DNA of 64,000 bases from the human T2T-CHM13v2.0 reference genome, Homo sapiens. The stretch's first letter is position 1. The number at the start of each line of letters is the position of its first letter. The notes under the pieces were generated by a model. The model saw only the letters and a list, made by a program, of their open reading frames with translations, had not been told where the DNA came from and ran no database searches. The DNA is taken from assembly GCF_009914755.1 (NCBI RefSeq), contig NC_060934.1, one strand, 5' to 3'. Of the stretch, positions 44,121-58,739 are shown in pieces. Position numbers and translations under genes: made by a program.

Positions 44121-45651
44121 GAAAAACTTCCCCTCCCCCTCCCCCTCCCCCTCCCCCTTTCCCTCTCCCCACGGTCTCCCCCTCCCTCTCTTTCCACGGT
44201 CTCCCTCTGATGTCGAGCTGAAGCTGGACTGTACTGCTGCCATCTCGGCTCACTGCAACCTCCCTGCCTGATTCTCCTGCCTCAGCCTGCCCAGTGCCTG
44301 CGATTGCAGGCACGCGCCGCCACACCTGACTGGATTTTGTATTTTTTTGGTGGAGACGGGGTTTTGCTGTGTTGGCCGGGATGGTCTCCAGCTCCTAACT
44401 GCGAGTGATCCGCCAGCCTCGGCCTCCCGAGGTGCCGGGATTGCAGACGGAGTCTGGTTCACTCAGTGCTCAATGGTGCCCAGGCTGGAGTGCAGTGGCG
44501 TGATCTCGGCTCGCTCCAACCTCCACCTCCCAGCCGCCTGCCTTGGCCTCCCAAAGTGCCGAGATTGCAGCCTCTGCCTGGCCGCCAACCCGCCTGGGAA
44601 GTGAGGAGCGTCTCTGCCTGGCCACCCATCGTCTGGGACATGAGGAGCCCCTCTGCCTGGCTGCCCAGTCTGGAAAGTGAGGAGCGTCTCTGCCCGGCCG
44701 CCATCCCGTCTAGGAAGTGAGGAGCGCCTCTTCCCGGCCACCGTCACATCTAGGAAGTGAGGAGCGTCTCTGCCCGGCTGCCCATCGTCTGAGATGTGGG
44801 GAGCGCCTCTGCCCCGCCGCCCCATCTGGGATGTGAGGAGCGCCTCTGCCCGGCCGCGACCCCGTCTGGGAGGTGAGGAGCGTCTCTGCCCGGCCGCCCC
44901 GTCTGCCCGGCCGCCCCGTCTGAGAAGTGAGGAGACCCTCCGCCCAGCATCTGCCCCGTCTGAGAAGTGAGGAGCGTCTCCGCCCGGCAGCCACCCCTTC
45001 CAGGAGGGAGGTGGGGGTCAGCCCCCGCCAGGCCAGCCGCCCCGTCCGGGAAGGAGGTGGGGGGGACAGCGCCCGCCCGGCCAGCCGCCCCTACTGGGAA
45101 GTGAGGATCCCCTCTGCCCAGACCACCCCGTCTGGGAGGTGTACCCAACAGCTCATTGAGAACGAGCCAAGATGACAATGGCGGTTTTGTGGAATAGAAA
45201 GGGGGGAAAGGTGGGGAAAAGATTGAGAAATCGGATGGTTGCCGGGTCTGTGTAGAAAGAGGTAGACATGGGAGACTTTTCATTTTGTTCTATGCTAAGA
45301 AAAATTCTTATCCTGTTGATCTGTGACCTTACCCCCAACCCTGTGCTCTCTGAAACATGTGCTGTGTCCACTCAGGGTTAAATGGATTAAGGGCAGTGCA
45401 AGATGTGCTTTGTTAAACAGATGCTTGAAGGCAGCATGCTCCTTAAGAGTCATCACCACTCCCTAATCTCAAGTACCCAGGGACACAAACACTGCGGAAG
45501 GCCGCAGGGTCCTCTGCCTAGGAAAACCAGAGACCTTTGTTCACTTGTTTATCTGCTGACCTTCCCTCCACTATTGTCCTATGACCCTGCCAAATCCCCC
45601 TCTGCGAGAAACACCCAAGAATGATCAATAAAAATAAATAAATAAATAAAT
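44121..45651 (+). mobile_element. Full-length SVA retrotransposon (SVA_C/D-like)
   Basis: C-rich hexamer head (44130-), Alu-like domain, GC-rich VNTR, SINE-R from ~45135, AATAAA at 45627, (TAAA)n tail; 15-bp TSD AAGAAGGATATCTTC at 44106-44120 and 45652-45666. Confidence 0.98.
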
Positions 45652-45759
45652 AAGAAGGATATCTTCATGGGGTGGGGGGTGGAGACAGGTTGATGAGGGC
45701 TGTCAGGGCCCGTGTGCATGAGGAGGGCATTCACATTGGACTCTGATTAAATAAATACT

Positions 45760-46975
45760 TAAGGTTAAGGATAATGGGAGCCAGGTTTCTTGTTGCCAGA
45801 GAAAGGAGTTGCAATTATCGAAAAGAAGAAAGCTGAAAACTTGTGAGTGTTGGTGTGAACACATGGTTTTCAATGTATACAGAAAGAGAAACAAATGTCA
45901 ATGTCAATGTGTGTATGTGTGTGTACATATATTTCCTAGTTCTGTCCACCAAGAGAACCTGGAAGCAGGGACATTCCAATAGCATTGAGCACACCCAGCA
46001 CCTAGATATTGGTTTCTAAATTCCATTCTTGCTGAAAGAAACCTGGGCTCCCTGAAGAGATGGCTGCTTTCATGGCTGGCACAGAGAAAGAACAAAATGA
46101 GCTTGGAATTTCTTGTCGTGCCCAAAACTAAGAAAGTACTTAAGAAATGATGGGATTATGCCAAAAAGACACAGGAGCCAGGTTGAAGGGGCTCTCATTG
46201 CCAAATCTAGGACAATTTGAGGGTCAAACTAAATCATCATTTTAGTAATGGATTATGACCCACTGGATAAAATAGGAAACCACGAGTCCACATTGATATA
46301 AATAAATGAATAAATTGAAAGTATGATGAGGTAGGATGTTTACATAGTCTCAAATTACCTCCCCACAAAATACTTATTAATTACAAAGAGGAAAAAAACA
46401 AAATCAAATAGAAAAATTAATTACAAATAGAAAAAAAAGGTCGAGCAGATTCCACCTTAATCAAGTGATCAAAGTGAGCAAAATAAGTAATGAGACAAAT
46501 TGAGATTTTGTGCCCCCTGAGAGGAAGCAGCCTCATGTCTATGGCATTCCTGCCACAGATACATACCATGAATCTAATCTTGAGGAGATATCAAACCCAA
46601 ATTGAGGAAAATTCTGCAAAATAACTAGCCTGTAAACTTTGAAGTGTGAAGGTCATCATAGGGAAAGAAAAACTGAGGAGATTAAAGAGAAATGATAACT
46701 ATCACATGTGACTCTGAACTGGATCCTTTTGCTATAAAGGTCATTATCAGGACAATTAGAAAAACTTGAATGTCATCTGGGGGTCAGATAACAGTGTTAT
46801 ATCAGTGTTAATTTCCTGAGTGTATGGTTGAATTTTATTTATGTAGAATACCCTTGTCTGTAGAAATACACAATACATACTAAATATTCTTATTGGCGAC
46901 TTTCTCTGGTTCCTAAAAATAGTTCTTTGCACTATACTTGCAATTTTTTCATACATTTAAGATTTTTTAAAAAGT
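45760..46975 (+). mobile_element. L1MC3-like 3' UTR
   Basis: GCACCTAGATATTGGTTTCTAAAT...AAAATGAGCTTGGAA...CCTTAATCAAGTGATCAAAGT...GTTCTTTGCACTATACTTGCAA. Confidence 0.75.
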
Positions 46976-47759
46976 ATTTGATAATTACTTGTCTCTTCAG
47001 TAGACATTGACTCTCCTTGTACAATCGGCCATGGCCAGCCTCATTAGGTTTTGCACAATCTGACATTCTGAAATACACACATTGATGAGGAGATGGAGTT
47101 TGGGAACATTGAAAATAGCTGACTCTACAGACAATTCCATTTTTGTTCTTATTACTACAAATAGATTCTTCATTTTCTTTGTTAATCACATTCTCTGTTT
47201 ATCAGGGATCTCTACATTGCAGTTTTCAGCTAATGATTATGTCCAAATGAATGCATCCTATCTTGCTGAACATGATTCTTCAGTAGATGCAGCAACATGA
47301 CTTCTTGAAAGATTATATCCCTAATGGTGCAAATTATTTAATTATATCATTTCAAAATGAGTCTTTCACTTTGATTTATATAAATTCCAGTATATGTTCT
47401 CCTAATTCATGAAACTTATATACCTGAGCCTTTGAGCCCGATACGCCCAGTAAGTAAAAACCTTTTGGCAAGCAAATTTGCCATCTATTTACTTCCTTCT
47501 TGACCTAAACCTTCATTTCTCTTAAAACCATCTCTTACCTCCTCAAGGAAGCCTTGGAGTCAACCCTTCCTTGGAATTTTCCCACATTTCTATTCTGTTA
47601 TGTAATCATTTTGTAACTCTATAAGAAAATAAACTGTTTTTGTATGAGTCATCAACAAAGTAACATCTTTTCTATATGGAACAATTGTTTTTAATTCCCT
47701 GGTATGTGTGCATTATTTCTCAGTACATTGTATGCACTCATTTTATGTTGTCGGCAAAC

Positions 47760-48250
47760 AACAGTTTTTAATGCTAATAATTTTATTCTATTAAAGATGT
47801 TTAATACTTATACATATAAATGATCATATTATGCACATATTTCTGCATCTTGCTTTTAAAACTCAACAACACGGATATCCCTCCAAAACCAGTGTAACTT
47901 TAATTTATTTTAAAGTGCTGCTTAATATTTTATAATGTGGATGTACCACAAGTTTCTCAGTCATTCTGCTACTAACAGGGGATATTTAATTTCCTTAAAT
48001 TTTTTTTCCTAAACACTGCACAAATAAACACCCTTTTATATATGTCTTTATGTCCTGCTTTTATTTTGGTAGGTTAGATTCACAGAATTGGGTGATACAT
48101 GCATGTTCAATTTTGATCAATGTTTCCAGGTAGAATTTTTAAAGGACTGTAACAATTTACAATGTATATATATTCTTTTATGCTCCTCCCTAAAAATGCC
48201 AGGTATGAATATGGAGTTTTTTAAACTTGTTTCTAGTAAGCTGCCTGTAA
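47760..48250 (-). mobile_element. L1ME 3' fragment
   Basis: TTCTGCATCTTGCTTTT...GGATGTACCAC...CACTGCACAAATAAACA. Confidence 0.55.
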
Positions 48251-48254
48251 AGTG

Positions 48255-48600
48255 ATTCATTTGTTCAGTAAGAGAAGCTTACTGAAAATCTTCTGCCTAC
48301 CAGGCACTGTTGCTGGCACTGAGGATGTGACAGTGAGCCAAGCTGGTCAAGTCTCCACACTGGCGGAGCTCACATCCCAGGAGGGAGTCAGAAGATAAAC
48401 AAACACATAAATATTTGGTAAGTCAGAGGGGACATGAAGAAAAGGGAATAGGGAATGAGAGGTATGGAGCAAGCAGTGCTATTTAAGGTAGGGTGCTCAG
48501 GAAAGATGTCTCAGAGGTGACATTTGAGCAGAGACCTGGAGCAAGTGTGGGAAGGTGTCACGGGGAGGAGGCTATGAGGCTGGTACAGGTGTGGGGTGCA
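48255..48600 (-). mobile_element. L2 fragment
   Basis: TTCATTTGTTCA...CCAGGCACTGTT...GGAGCTCACA...GAGGTGACATTTGAGCAGAGACCTG. Confidence 0.75.
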
Positions 48601-48795
48601 GGAGGAACAGGAAGAGGGCTAGTGCGGCGGGAGGGAAACTTCCGGCAGTGCAGAGGCAGAGGCAGTACCACTGCTGCCCAGTGGGTGGCACACTGCCAGG
48701 GGTCCCACAGGGCCCAGGCACACCAGCTGAGAAGACGGAACTGGAGGGAAACTTCTTGTTCCCCTCCAGGGAACTGGAGTCAGAGGCAGTACCAT

Positions 48796-48814
48796 GACTG
48801 CCCTCTGGGGGCGC
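48796..48814 (-). promoter_or_regulatory. Candidate CTCF site
   Basis: Minus strand GCGCCCCCAGAGGGCAGTC fits the CTCF core CCRSYAGRKGGCRS with one mismatch; binding unverified. Confidence 0.5.
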
Positions 48815-50326
48815 ACTGCTTGGGGGTCGGGGGCGGGTGTCTCGCAGGCTCCACGTGTTCCAGCTGAGAAGACCCCTTCCTCCTCGGGCCAGGAAGAAGA
48901 ATCCCTTTCTGCTCCAGTTTCCCTTCCGCGTCTCCAGTGCAAAACTGGCACCGAACTCTACCTTGGCTGCATGACAAATAATTGTTTCCAAAATTACGAT
49001 TTGTCTGTTGACTCTATACAGAGCCCAATTTGTCTTCTAAAAGTTTGAAAACTGTATCTAGCCATGTATCTCTCTATTATTTTTAAATTTATAACTTCTA
49101 GGTTTCTAGTGGTGAAGGCCTCTTGAGCCCCTAGATGGTATGTGTAGACCCATGGGTTTTATGGAAATGTTTCGAGTTTTGTTTTTTTTGCTTTCACGTC
49201 TTTAGTCTATCTAGATCATATTTTTTAAGCAATGTGAGATAGAGATCCAATTCTCTTTTCTTTCAGGCAGCCATTGCACTGCCACTGTTTATTAAATAAT
49301 CCATGTTTTTTCCACTGAGATGAATCTTTGTCATATATTATATTTTTGTATTTGTCAAGATCTATTTTTGAGTTCTCTCTTCGGTTCCACTGATCTGTTT
49401 GTCTATTCCTAGCTGATACCACAGTGACTTGATGGCAGGGCTTTATGCACGATCTGTTCTTTTGTAAGGCAAGTGTACTCACTGTTCTTTTCCATAACTT
49501 TCTCAGCTGTTCTGGGGGCATTTATTCTTCCATATAAGCTTTAATGTCATTCTATTCAACTAAAAAAAAGCTAATTGAGATTTTAATCAAAATTAGATTC
49601 CTTTTCTATATTAATTTGGGAGAATTGACATTTTATGATATTGTCTTCTAATCCAAGAAGAATATTTGTTCAGACCTCCTTTTAGATCATTCAGTAAGTC
49701 TTTGGTTTTCTTCTTTTAGATACTGCACTTTTTTGTTGAATTCATTTTTAAGTATCTGTGGCTTCTGTTACTATTGCAAATCAATAATTTTCCAGTTTCT
49801 TCTTCCAGGTGCTGTGTTAGTGTCCTGGCAGGAAGCACATGGTGCACTCCAGTCGGGTACTGAGGAGAGTTTAAATATCAAGTATTGATTAAGATGTGGG
49901 CATGAATAAGGGAAGTCAACAAGGAGAAGAGAAGCACCCCCGGACGCCAACGCAGTGGGGCAAGGTTTTCCAAGGTAGGACCTGGAAAAAACGCTGTCGC
50001 TGAGGCTATCAATGTAGTAGAGGACATCTGGCGAGGAGCTTAGCCTTTGGTAGAGGAGCCAGCCTTTGCCAATTCTCGGTCCAGCAGAAAGGAAGACACC
50101 CCACTGTCATCCTCCTCCTGCCCGTCACACTCCTGACAATGCTTCCCATAAGATGAACCCAGCTGTGAGCCTTGTATTAAGCCACGTTAGGTGTTAAAGC
50201 ATCAATTCTAGTAACAAAAAACCCAAATCCCTTGGGGCTTCTCAGTATCCAATTGTATCATTTTTTAAAATAGGTAATTCTATCTCTTCTTTTCCAATGT
50301 TTATATCTATTATTTCATTTTCCTGT

Positions 50327-50615
50327 TGTATTAGTTTGCTAGGGTTGCTATAACAAAATATCACAAACCAAGTGGCTTAAACAACAGAAATTTATCATCT
50401 TACATTTCTGGGGCTGGAAGTCCAAGGTCCAGGTATCATCAGAGTTGGCTTCTTCTGAGGGCTCTGGGGAAACTTCTGTTCCACGCCTCTCTCCTAGGTT
50501 GTGGTGGTTTGCTGGCCATCCATCATCCTGGCAGAGAGCAAGGTGATACTTGGCTGGTAAAAGCATCACCCTGCTCTGTCTTCATGGTGTTCTTCCTGTG
50601 TGTGTTTTGTGTCTA
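50327..50615 (-). mobile_element. MLT1 (MLT1B/C-like) LTR fragment
   Basis: TGTATTAGTTTGCTAGGGTTGCTATAACAAAATATCACAAAC...GGCTGGAAGTCCAAG. Confidence 0.85.
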
Positions 50616-51892
50616 TTAGAAGGGGCCATTTGCATGTTTTCTTTGGAGAAATGTCTACTTACATCTTTGCTCATTTTTAAATTGGGTTCTTCTTATTATT
50701 GTTATTGAATTGTATGAGTTCCTTATGTATTTAGAATATTAATCCCTTATCAGACAGATGGTTTGCAAATATTTTCTCCAAATCTATAGGTTGCCTTTTC
50801 GTTTTGCTGATTGCTACTATGCTGTGCCAAAACTTTTTAGTTAGGTGTAGGTCCACTTGTTTATTCTTGCTTTTGTTGCCTGTGCTTTTGGTGTCATAGC
50901 CCAAAAATCATTGCCAAGATCCATGTCAAGGAGCTTTACCCTATATTTTCTTCTAGGAGTTTTAAGGTTTCAGGTTTTACCTTTAAATCTTTAATTCCTT
51001 TTGAGTTGATTTTTGGGTATGGTGCAATGCAAGGGTCGAATTTCACTATTTTGCATGTGGATACTCAGTTTTCCCAGAACTGTTTATTGAAGAACCAGTC
51101 CTCTCCCCATGGTGTGTTCTTGGCACCCTTGTCGAAGATCCGGTGACTGTATATGCATGGGTTTATTTCTGAGCTCTCTATTCTGTGTCATAGGTTTATA
51201 GACTGAAGTGTTCTCTTCATTATTGTCTAAGTAGTTTGCTATTCCCCTTATAATTTTCTGTTTGACCCAATGATTAGGTGGAATTGTGGTTCTTAATTAA
51301 GATTTTTGGTTGAATTATTGAATTATAATTTAAAATTTGTTGACATAATAATGTGGCCTTTAAGTATAAGCTTTTTTATTTCATTAAGATGTTTTAGTGT
51401 GACCAAGTGGGACTTGAGTTATTTTTGTCCATGATTCATGTACACAGGGGGGAAATGTGTACTCTCTATTTGAGATATGTAAAGCTCAATGTATGTCGGT
51501 GAAGTCAAGTTTATTGATGGTATTAGTGAATCCCTTTACATCCTTACCTTATACCTAGTAGATCTATCTCCTTTCATGTTGATATTTTTTAAATTAAATT
51601 TTACTTGCATTTTAACAGTTTCAGCTTAAGGTATTTAATTGTTACATTGTTGTACACACAGATTTATGACTATTACCTCTTCTACATAAATTTTGCATTT
51701 ATCATTACACGATGTACCTCATTATTCCATTTAGCTCTATAAACCTAAAATTTCATTTTGTGACATTAATATTGCCATGCCAACTTTCTTTTTATATGCT
51801 TTTATCTGTTAGCTCTTTGATTACTCATATTTTCAACCTTTTCATAAAAGTTGTCTTTTATTTCTCATAAACGGCATAGAGCTGGGTTTTGA

Positions 51893-52179
51893 TTTTTTTT
51901 TTTTTTTCGCTCTGTCATCCAGGCTGAAGTGCAGTGGCAGGATCTCGTCTCACTGCAAGCTCCACCTCCCAGGTTCACGCCATTTCCTGCCTCAGCCTCC
52001 GGAGCAGCTGGGACCACAGATGCCCACCACCATGCCCGGCCAATATTTTCTATTTTTTTTTAGTAGAAATGGGGTTTCATCTTGTTAGCCAGGATGGTCT
52101 CGATCTCCTGACCTTGTGATCCGCCCGCCTCAGCCACCCAAAGTGCTGGGATTACAGGCGTGAGCCACCGCGCCCGGCC
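51893..52179 (-). mobile_element. AluY-like
   Basis: GCAAGCTCC, GTTCACGCCATT, GTTAGCCAGGATGGTCTCGATCTCC diagnostics; TSD TGGGTTTTG. Confidence 0.93.
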
Positions 52180-53302
52180 TGGGTTTTGCATTTTAACTTA
52201 ATCTGATTCTCTGTCTTTTAATCCGTCATTCAACATTTTATATTTAGTGTAAAAACTGATATTCTTGATTCTGATTCTTCTGTATCCATGTTTATTTTTC
52301 ATTTTTGTTTCCTCTTTTTCCTTTTTCTAATTTTTTTATTTAATGAAGTTGCTATTGCTTCATTTTCCCCTAGATAATGAGGAACTTCTACCAAACATTT
52401 CTATTCAATTAATAGTCATTGCCCTTTCCCCAGAACTGTTAATCAGAAACATATTAATATTTCTGAATTATTGTTTGAAATCAAGGTACCAAGACTATGT
52501 CCCTAACCAGGATACACTCTTTCCCCTCTTTTACTTTATCTCAGTAAGGTGAAATCATTTTAAAAATGTTCTTGGTTATTCTTGAAATTTTATTTTGTTA
52601 AAATTTGGGGTTGATTTATTAAGGGAAAAAATCAACAAACACAAAAACTAAAAAGGAAATTGGGATTGTGGTGAAAATTTCATTAAATAGGCTTTGAGGA
52701 GTAGTTGCATTTTTACAACATTGACTTTCCTGATCTGAAACATTATCTGTCTCTATCTATTCAGATATAATATAATAGCCTTCCGTAAAGCTTTGTCAGT
52801 ACTTTTCATACCAAAGTTATGCATTTATCAAATTAATTCCCTAAATTTTGTACTTTTAATTGCTCTTTTGAATGGCATCTCTGTTTCCTTTATATTTTCT
52901 AGCTGGTTATTAATTTTATAAAGGAAAGCAATTGAATTTTGTGTATTTATCTTGTATCTATTTAGAAAATAGTCAGCATACTAAATTTTAAAATTGATTA
53001 TAATATTCAGTTGATTCTTTTAGGTTTTCTGGATAGATAGTCATATAATCTGTTATTAATGATGATTTCCAACATTTCTATCTTTAACTTTTTTCTTGTC
53101 CTATTGTACTAGCTACACCTCCAGCATGGTATGCAATAATAGTATTTAGAGGAGGCATTCTTGTCTCATTCCTAACTTCAGTCCAAATATCTTTAGTGCA
53201 ATACTATTGTATATTAATTTGTTGTATTCCAAGATATACTCTATATTATTTTAACAAAATTTTTGTTTTGTGGCTATTTTCTAAAAGTTGTTCCTTTTTT
53301 GA

Positions 53303-53648
<346 letters not shown>

Positions 53649-53918
53649 TAGAAAGTCTTGATGTCCCTCGAGATGATCACTTAAGATTTTCTTCCTTAAT
53701 CTTTTGATTTAATAATTTGCATTAATGAGGTTCCTAAGCGTAAATGATCTTTGCATTCTTAACCTATCTTATATCCTGTTGTAACTGAATTGCTAATATT
53801 TTATTTTGGATGTTTGCATTTTTGTTCATGAGTGACAGTGACCTACAGCTTTCCTATCTTAAGCTGCATTTGTCTGATTTCAATATTAGGGATATGTTAG
53901 TCATTTAAAATGTGTCTG

Positions 53919-54916
<998 letters not shown>

Positions 54917-55110
54917 TGACCTTAACAAAAAGGGAATGTTTAGTTAAATTATAACAGAATGGACCATTATGCAGTCATAAGCTGATGTGTACAAATATTT
55001 CATAACGGCATGAAAATGCACCTATTTTAATGTTAAGTGAAAAACTTAGATAAAAATATTCTATGTAATCACACCCACATTAAAACCAAACAAACAACAG
55101 AGAAAAATAA

Positions 55111-55474
<364 letters not shown>

Positions 55475-56614
55475 AATTGTAATGCCAAAATAATAGAAAC
55501 CTCACATTTCCACCCAAAGGGACCATGGGGGTTGGAGTTTGTTGAAGAGGTAGGAATGGCAGGAGAAAGCGGGGGTGCTGGGGCCTCTAGCTAATGTTCT
55601 TTCCTGCCTGGTCCTGCGGAAGGGCCCCTGCTGTGGATTGCAGTGTGAGGGGCCTCTCCTACAGCCCAGCACCAAGTTCTTAGCAGCACAGGCTGCTGCA
55701 AGACATATGTTACCCCCTCCATCCTATTCCCTTCCTAGTCCACCCTCTCACTCTCTAGGCATGACTCCTTCCCATTTGACCATAGGCTTCTCCAAGGACG
55801 AGGATTGTGTCTGACGGACCTCCGAGTCCCTCTGGCCATTAGCACAGGACTTTATGCATGACACATGTCAACAACTGTTTGTTCATACCCTAAAATAACG
55901 TAAGTTATGTCATTCTCTTTAGATCCTCCTGAATCAACCCTGCTCAGCATAGAGGAGCTGGGGAAGCAGCGAGATCCCATTGCTCCAGGAAGGACAACAA
56001 GCCCCAGAGGGACAGTCAGCACTCTAGGTCACTGTGGCCACTCACATTCTCCTCCTGTACATCCTGCTTCTCTATTCTTGAACCTTGATCCCCCTCACCC
56101 TCAAAGTAGGGGTTTTCTATTCTTCATAATGGGATTTTAATTGGTTACATATGACTATTACCCAATTCCAGAGTAACAATGATATTTCGCTTATTGGACA
56201 ATCATCCAGGCACATCTTTTCTCATAACAGGGGCAGAGAATTGGTATATGTAATGACAGCTCCAACTCTTGACATATTTATTAATGGTATCCTGGTTCTA
56301 ACTAATTGCACAAAAATTTACACGATTCTTGACCTCTTCAACACAGAGAACATTTTGTTATGCAATTTTTGAAGGCTAAAAGTTCAGAATCTCCTGTAAG
56401 GGCTGAATCCACACCAAACAAGGTCAAGAGCTCATTTATCAAGGAGTAATCTCTTTCCTACCTCCACATTTCACATGTGCAATGCAGAATCTTTCTGGCC
56501 ACTTCATTACTTTCTATTATTTTTATGTTATCTGTCAAATAAGACAAAGCCTAGCTTTCCTAGTATATTAACCTATTTTGATGAGCAATAACTTCTTAAT
56601 ACTGCGAATGGTGT

Positions 56615-56845
56615 GATCATTATCACTTTTATGGATGGAGCACTTCCTGTGTGCCAGGCACCAGTTATGTGCTGCACTCACCTCACCGCACTTTATCCTC
56701 ATTACCCGCCAGCCCCCAACCCTGGGTGGTGGGTTCTGCTGTTACAGATGAGCAAACCAAGGCTCAGGGAGGTTACGTCACTGCACAAGGTGACACACCC
56801 AGTGCATCTGTGGCAGTCCAGGATTCGGACGCAGGTCTAACTTTC
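56615..56845 (-). mobile_element. MIR
   Basis: GTGCCAGGCAC...TTACAGATGAGCAAACCAAGGCTCAGGGAGGTTA. Confidence 0.8.
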
Positions 56846-56964
56846 TCCAAAGTCATCTCATTTGTAACTGCTACATGGAAAAATTGGAATTGGCCTATGA
56901 AATAGACAATGCTCATTCAGTACAACGAATATAGAAAGAAAACTCCAATCTGTGAACCCCCAGG

Positions 56965-57170
56965 AAGCACTTAATAAGCACCAGGCACTGTTGTAAGCAC
57001 TTGTCAAATAGGAACTCGTTACGATCTCAGAATGACCCTATGAGGTAGGAACTGTGATGATTTCCAGTTTACAGGTGAAGCAGTTACAGCACCAATAGGT
57101 TAGATAAGTTGCCCAAGGCCATGGCCCTGTCAGCAGCAGGGCAGAGTTTGGAGCCGAGGAAGTCCAGCCC
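56965..57170 (-). mobile_element. MIR
   Basis: CCAGGCACTGTTGTAAGCACTT...CCCTATGAGGTAGG...AAGTTGCCCAAGGCCA. Confidence 0.75.
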
Positions 57171-57532
57171 TAGATCTAGGGAAGATGCCGACCCTCTACC
57201 CCACCTGAGAACAGCAGAAGCTTGGGACTCTCTCCTGGCTGTCGGTCATCTCCATTAAAACCAACAAATCCAACGTTTCCTCCACCATTCTCAGCATGGA
57301 GAGGTTTGGGGTTCTCTTTGGAAATCAGCAGGCAATGTTTGTTCTGGATCAGTCAGGCCAGCCCAGATTTCTTTCAGTTGAATACATATCTTCAACCCCC
57401 TTTGGGGAAAAAAAAGCAGTGGAGAAAATCTGGTTTCTGAGTCAGTGTTTGTGAAATCTGCATGTTCCCTTGGTATAAATTGGGCTTTGGACTGACTTTT
57501 TGGTTTAATCAAATGTCTACTTCCTGGGCTGA

Positions 57533-57563
57533 GTGTGTGTGCGTGCGCTTGCGCGCGTGTGCA

Positions 57564-57593
<30 letters not shown>
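57533..57593. repeat. (TG)n/(CG)n alternating purine-pyrimidine tract
   Basis: GTGTGTGTGCGTGCGCTTGCGCGCGTGTGCATGCG(TG)n. Confidence 0.93.
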
Positions 57594-57594
<1 letters not shown>

Positions 57595-58098
57595 TGCATA
57601 AAAAGACCTTCCTTCAGATTTTCCTGAATCCAGCAAATAATATGATGGTGGAAATGAGAAAGTTTTGTATTTCACGTCCTCACATTCTGGGCCACCAGCT
57701 GCCTTAGAACCACACTGGTGACACTGGTGATGTACTATTTTCCTTAGAGATTTTTAGCATCAGAAGAGTGCCTCAAGTTCACATTTTCCAAAAGCTTCCA
57801 TCCTCCTCATAACCATTATTTGGCTTCAAATTACCTCAGTCAATAAAATTACTATCGTTGGTTCGCACCTTTCAGAAAATGTGTGTGCATTAAACACTTT
57901 GGCAATATTTATTTATTCTGCCATCTGTCCCACTATCTACACATTCTCAACAGTCTGGCCTAGAAAGCACCCAAAATCACCTGAGCATCGTAAAATTAGT
58001 TCATGGCTGTCAGAGAAACGCATGGAGAACACAGCTGCTGCCCTGCCGCCTGATTTAATGAGGTTCCGAAAGTATGTGGACAAGGATGCTTTCCCTTA

Positions 58099-58112
58099 GT
58101 TACCATGGAAAC
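58099..58112. promoter_or_regulatory. RFX X-box motif
   Basis: GTTACCATGGAAAC matches the palindromic X-box GTTNCCATGGNAAC; function unverified. Confidence 0.6.
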
Positions 58113-58739
58113 AGGACAGGGTGCTTAGAGCAGGTGTCAGCAGCTTCGAAATCAAGATGAATCAGCTGATGGCTCGTCATCTGGGGGAGGTGCTGACCGA
58201 GCCCCGGTGGCTCCAGAACTCACACAACCGCGCTGTCCTAATCCTTTCTTCCGAGGAACTGGAGAACAGAGATCCAAACTCCTTCCAGACTTTCTTCTGA
58301 ACATATCGTGTTGCCATATAAACTCTGAGCCTAGAAGGACTTATACATTAAGGATTTCAAAATTAGAAATGCGGAGTACTTCTGTTCTTTCAGATCCTAA
58401 TTAATTGGTGATCTGTTGTTTTACCAAAAAAGAAAGAAACAATACGGGATCCACCCCCGTACCACCATCCCCTCCTCCAACCTGGGTTTATCTGATTTTA
58501 TTCAAAGCCAAACTTGCCTCCGGGAGAAACTTTTTGTTGTAATGAACAGAATGGGATCGCTGATGTTTCTGGTGAAACTCCCCATTTGGAGAGTCAGGGG
58601 CTTTTTACGCAAACCTGGTTTTCATCCTAAATTATGGTGTCAAAAGTGAAACAGCATAATTTATAAACTTGAATGTTAGACCTATGAGTGACTTCTCAGA
58701 CTCTGCATCACTTGGAAAGAATAGGAAACTTTAAAAAAA

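Noticed and set aside
43818-45624. Many long GC-rich ORFs (up to 177 aa)
   Set aside because: They are read through the SVA Alu-like, VNTR and SINE-R domains.
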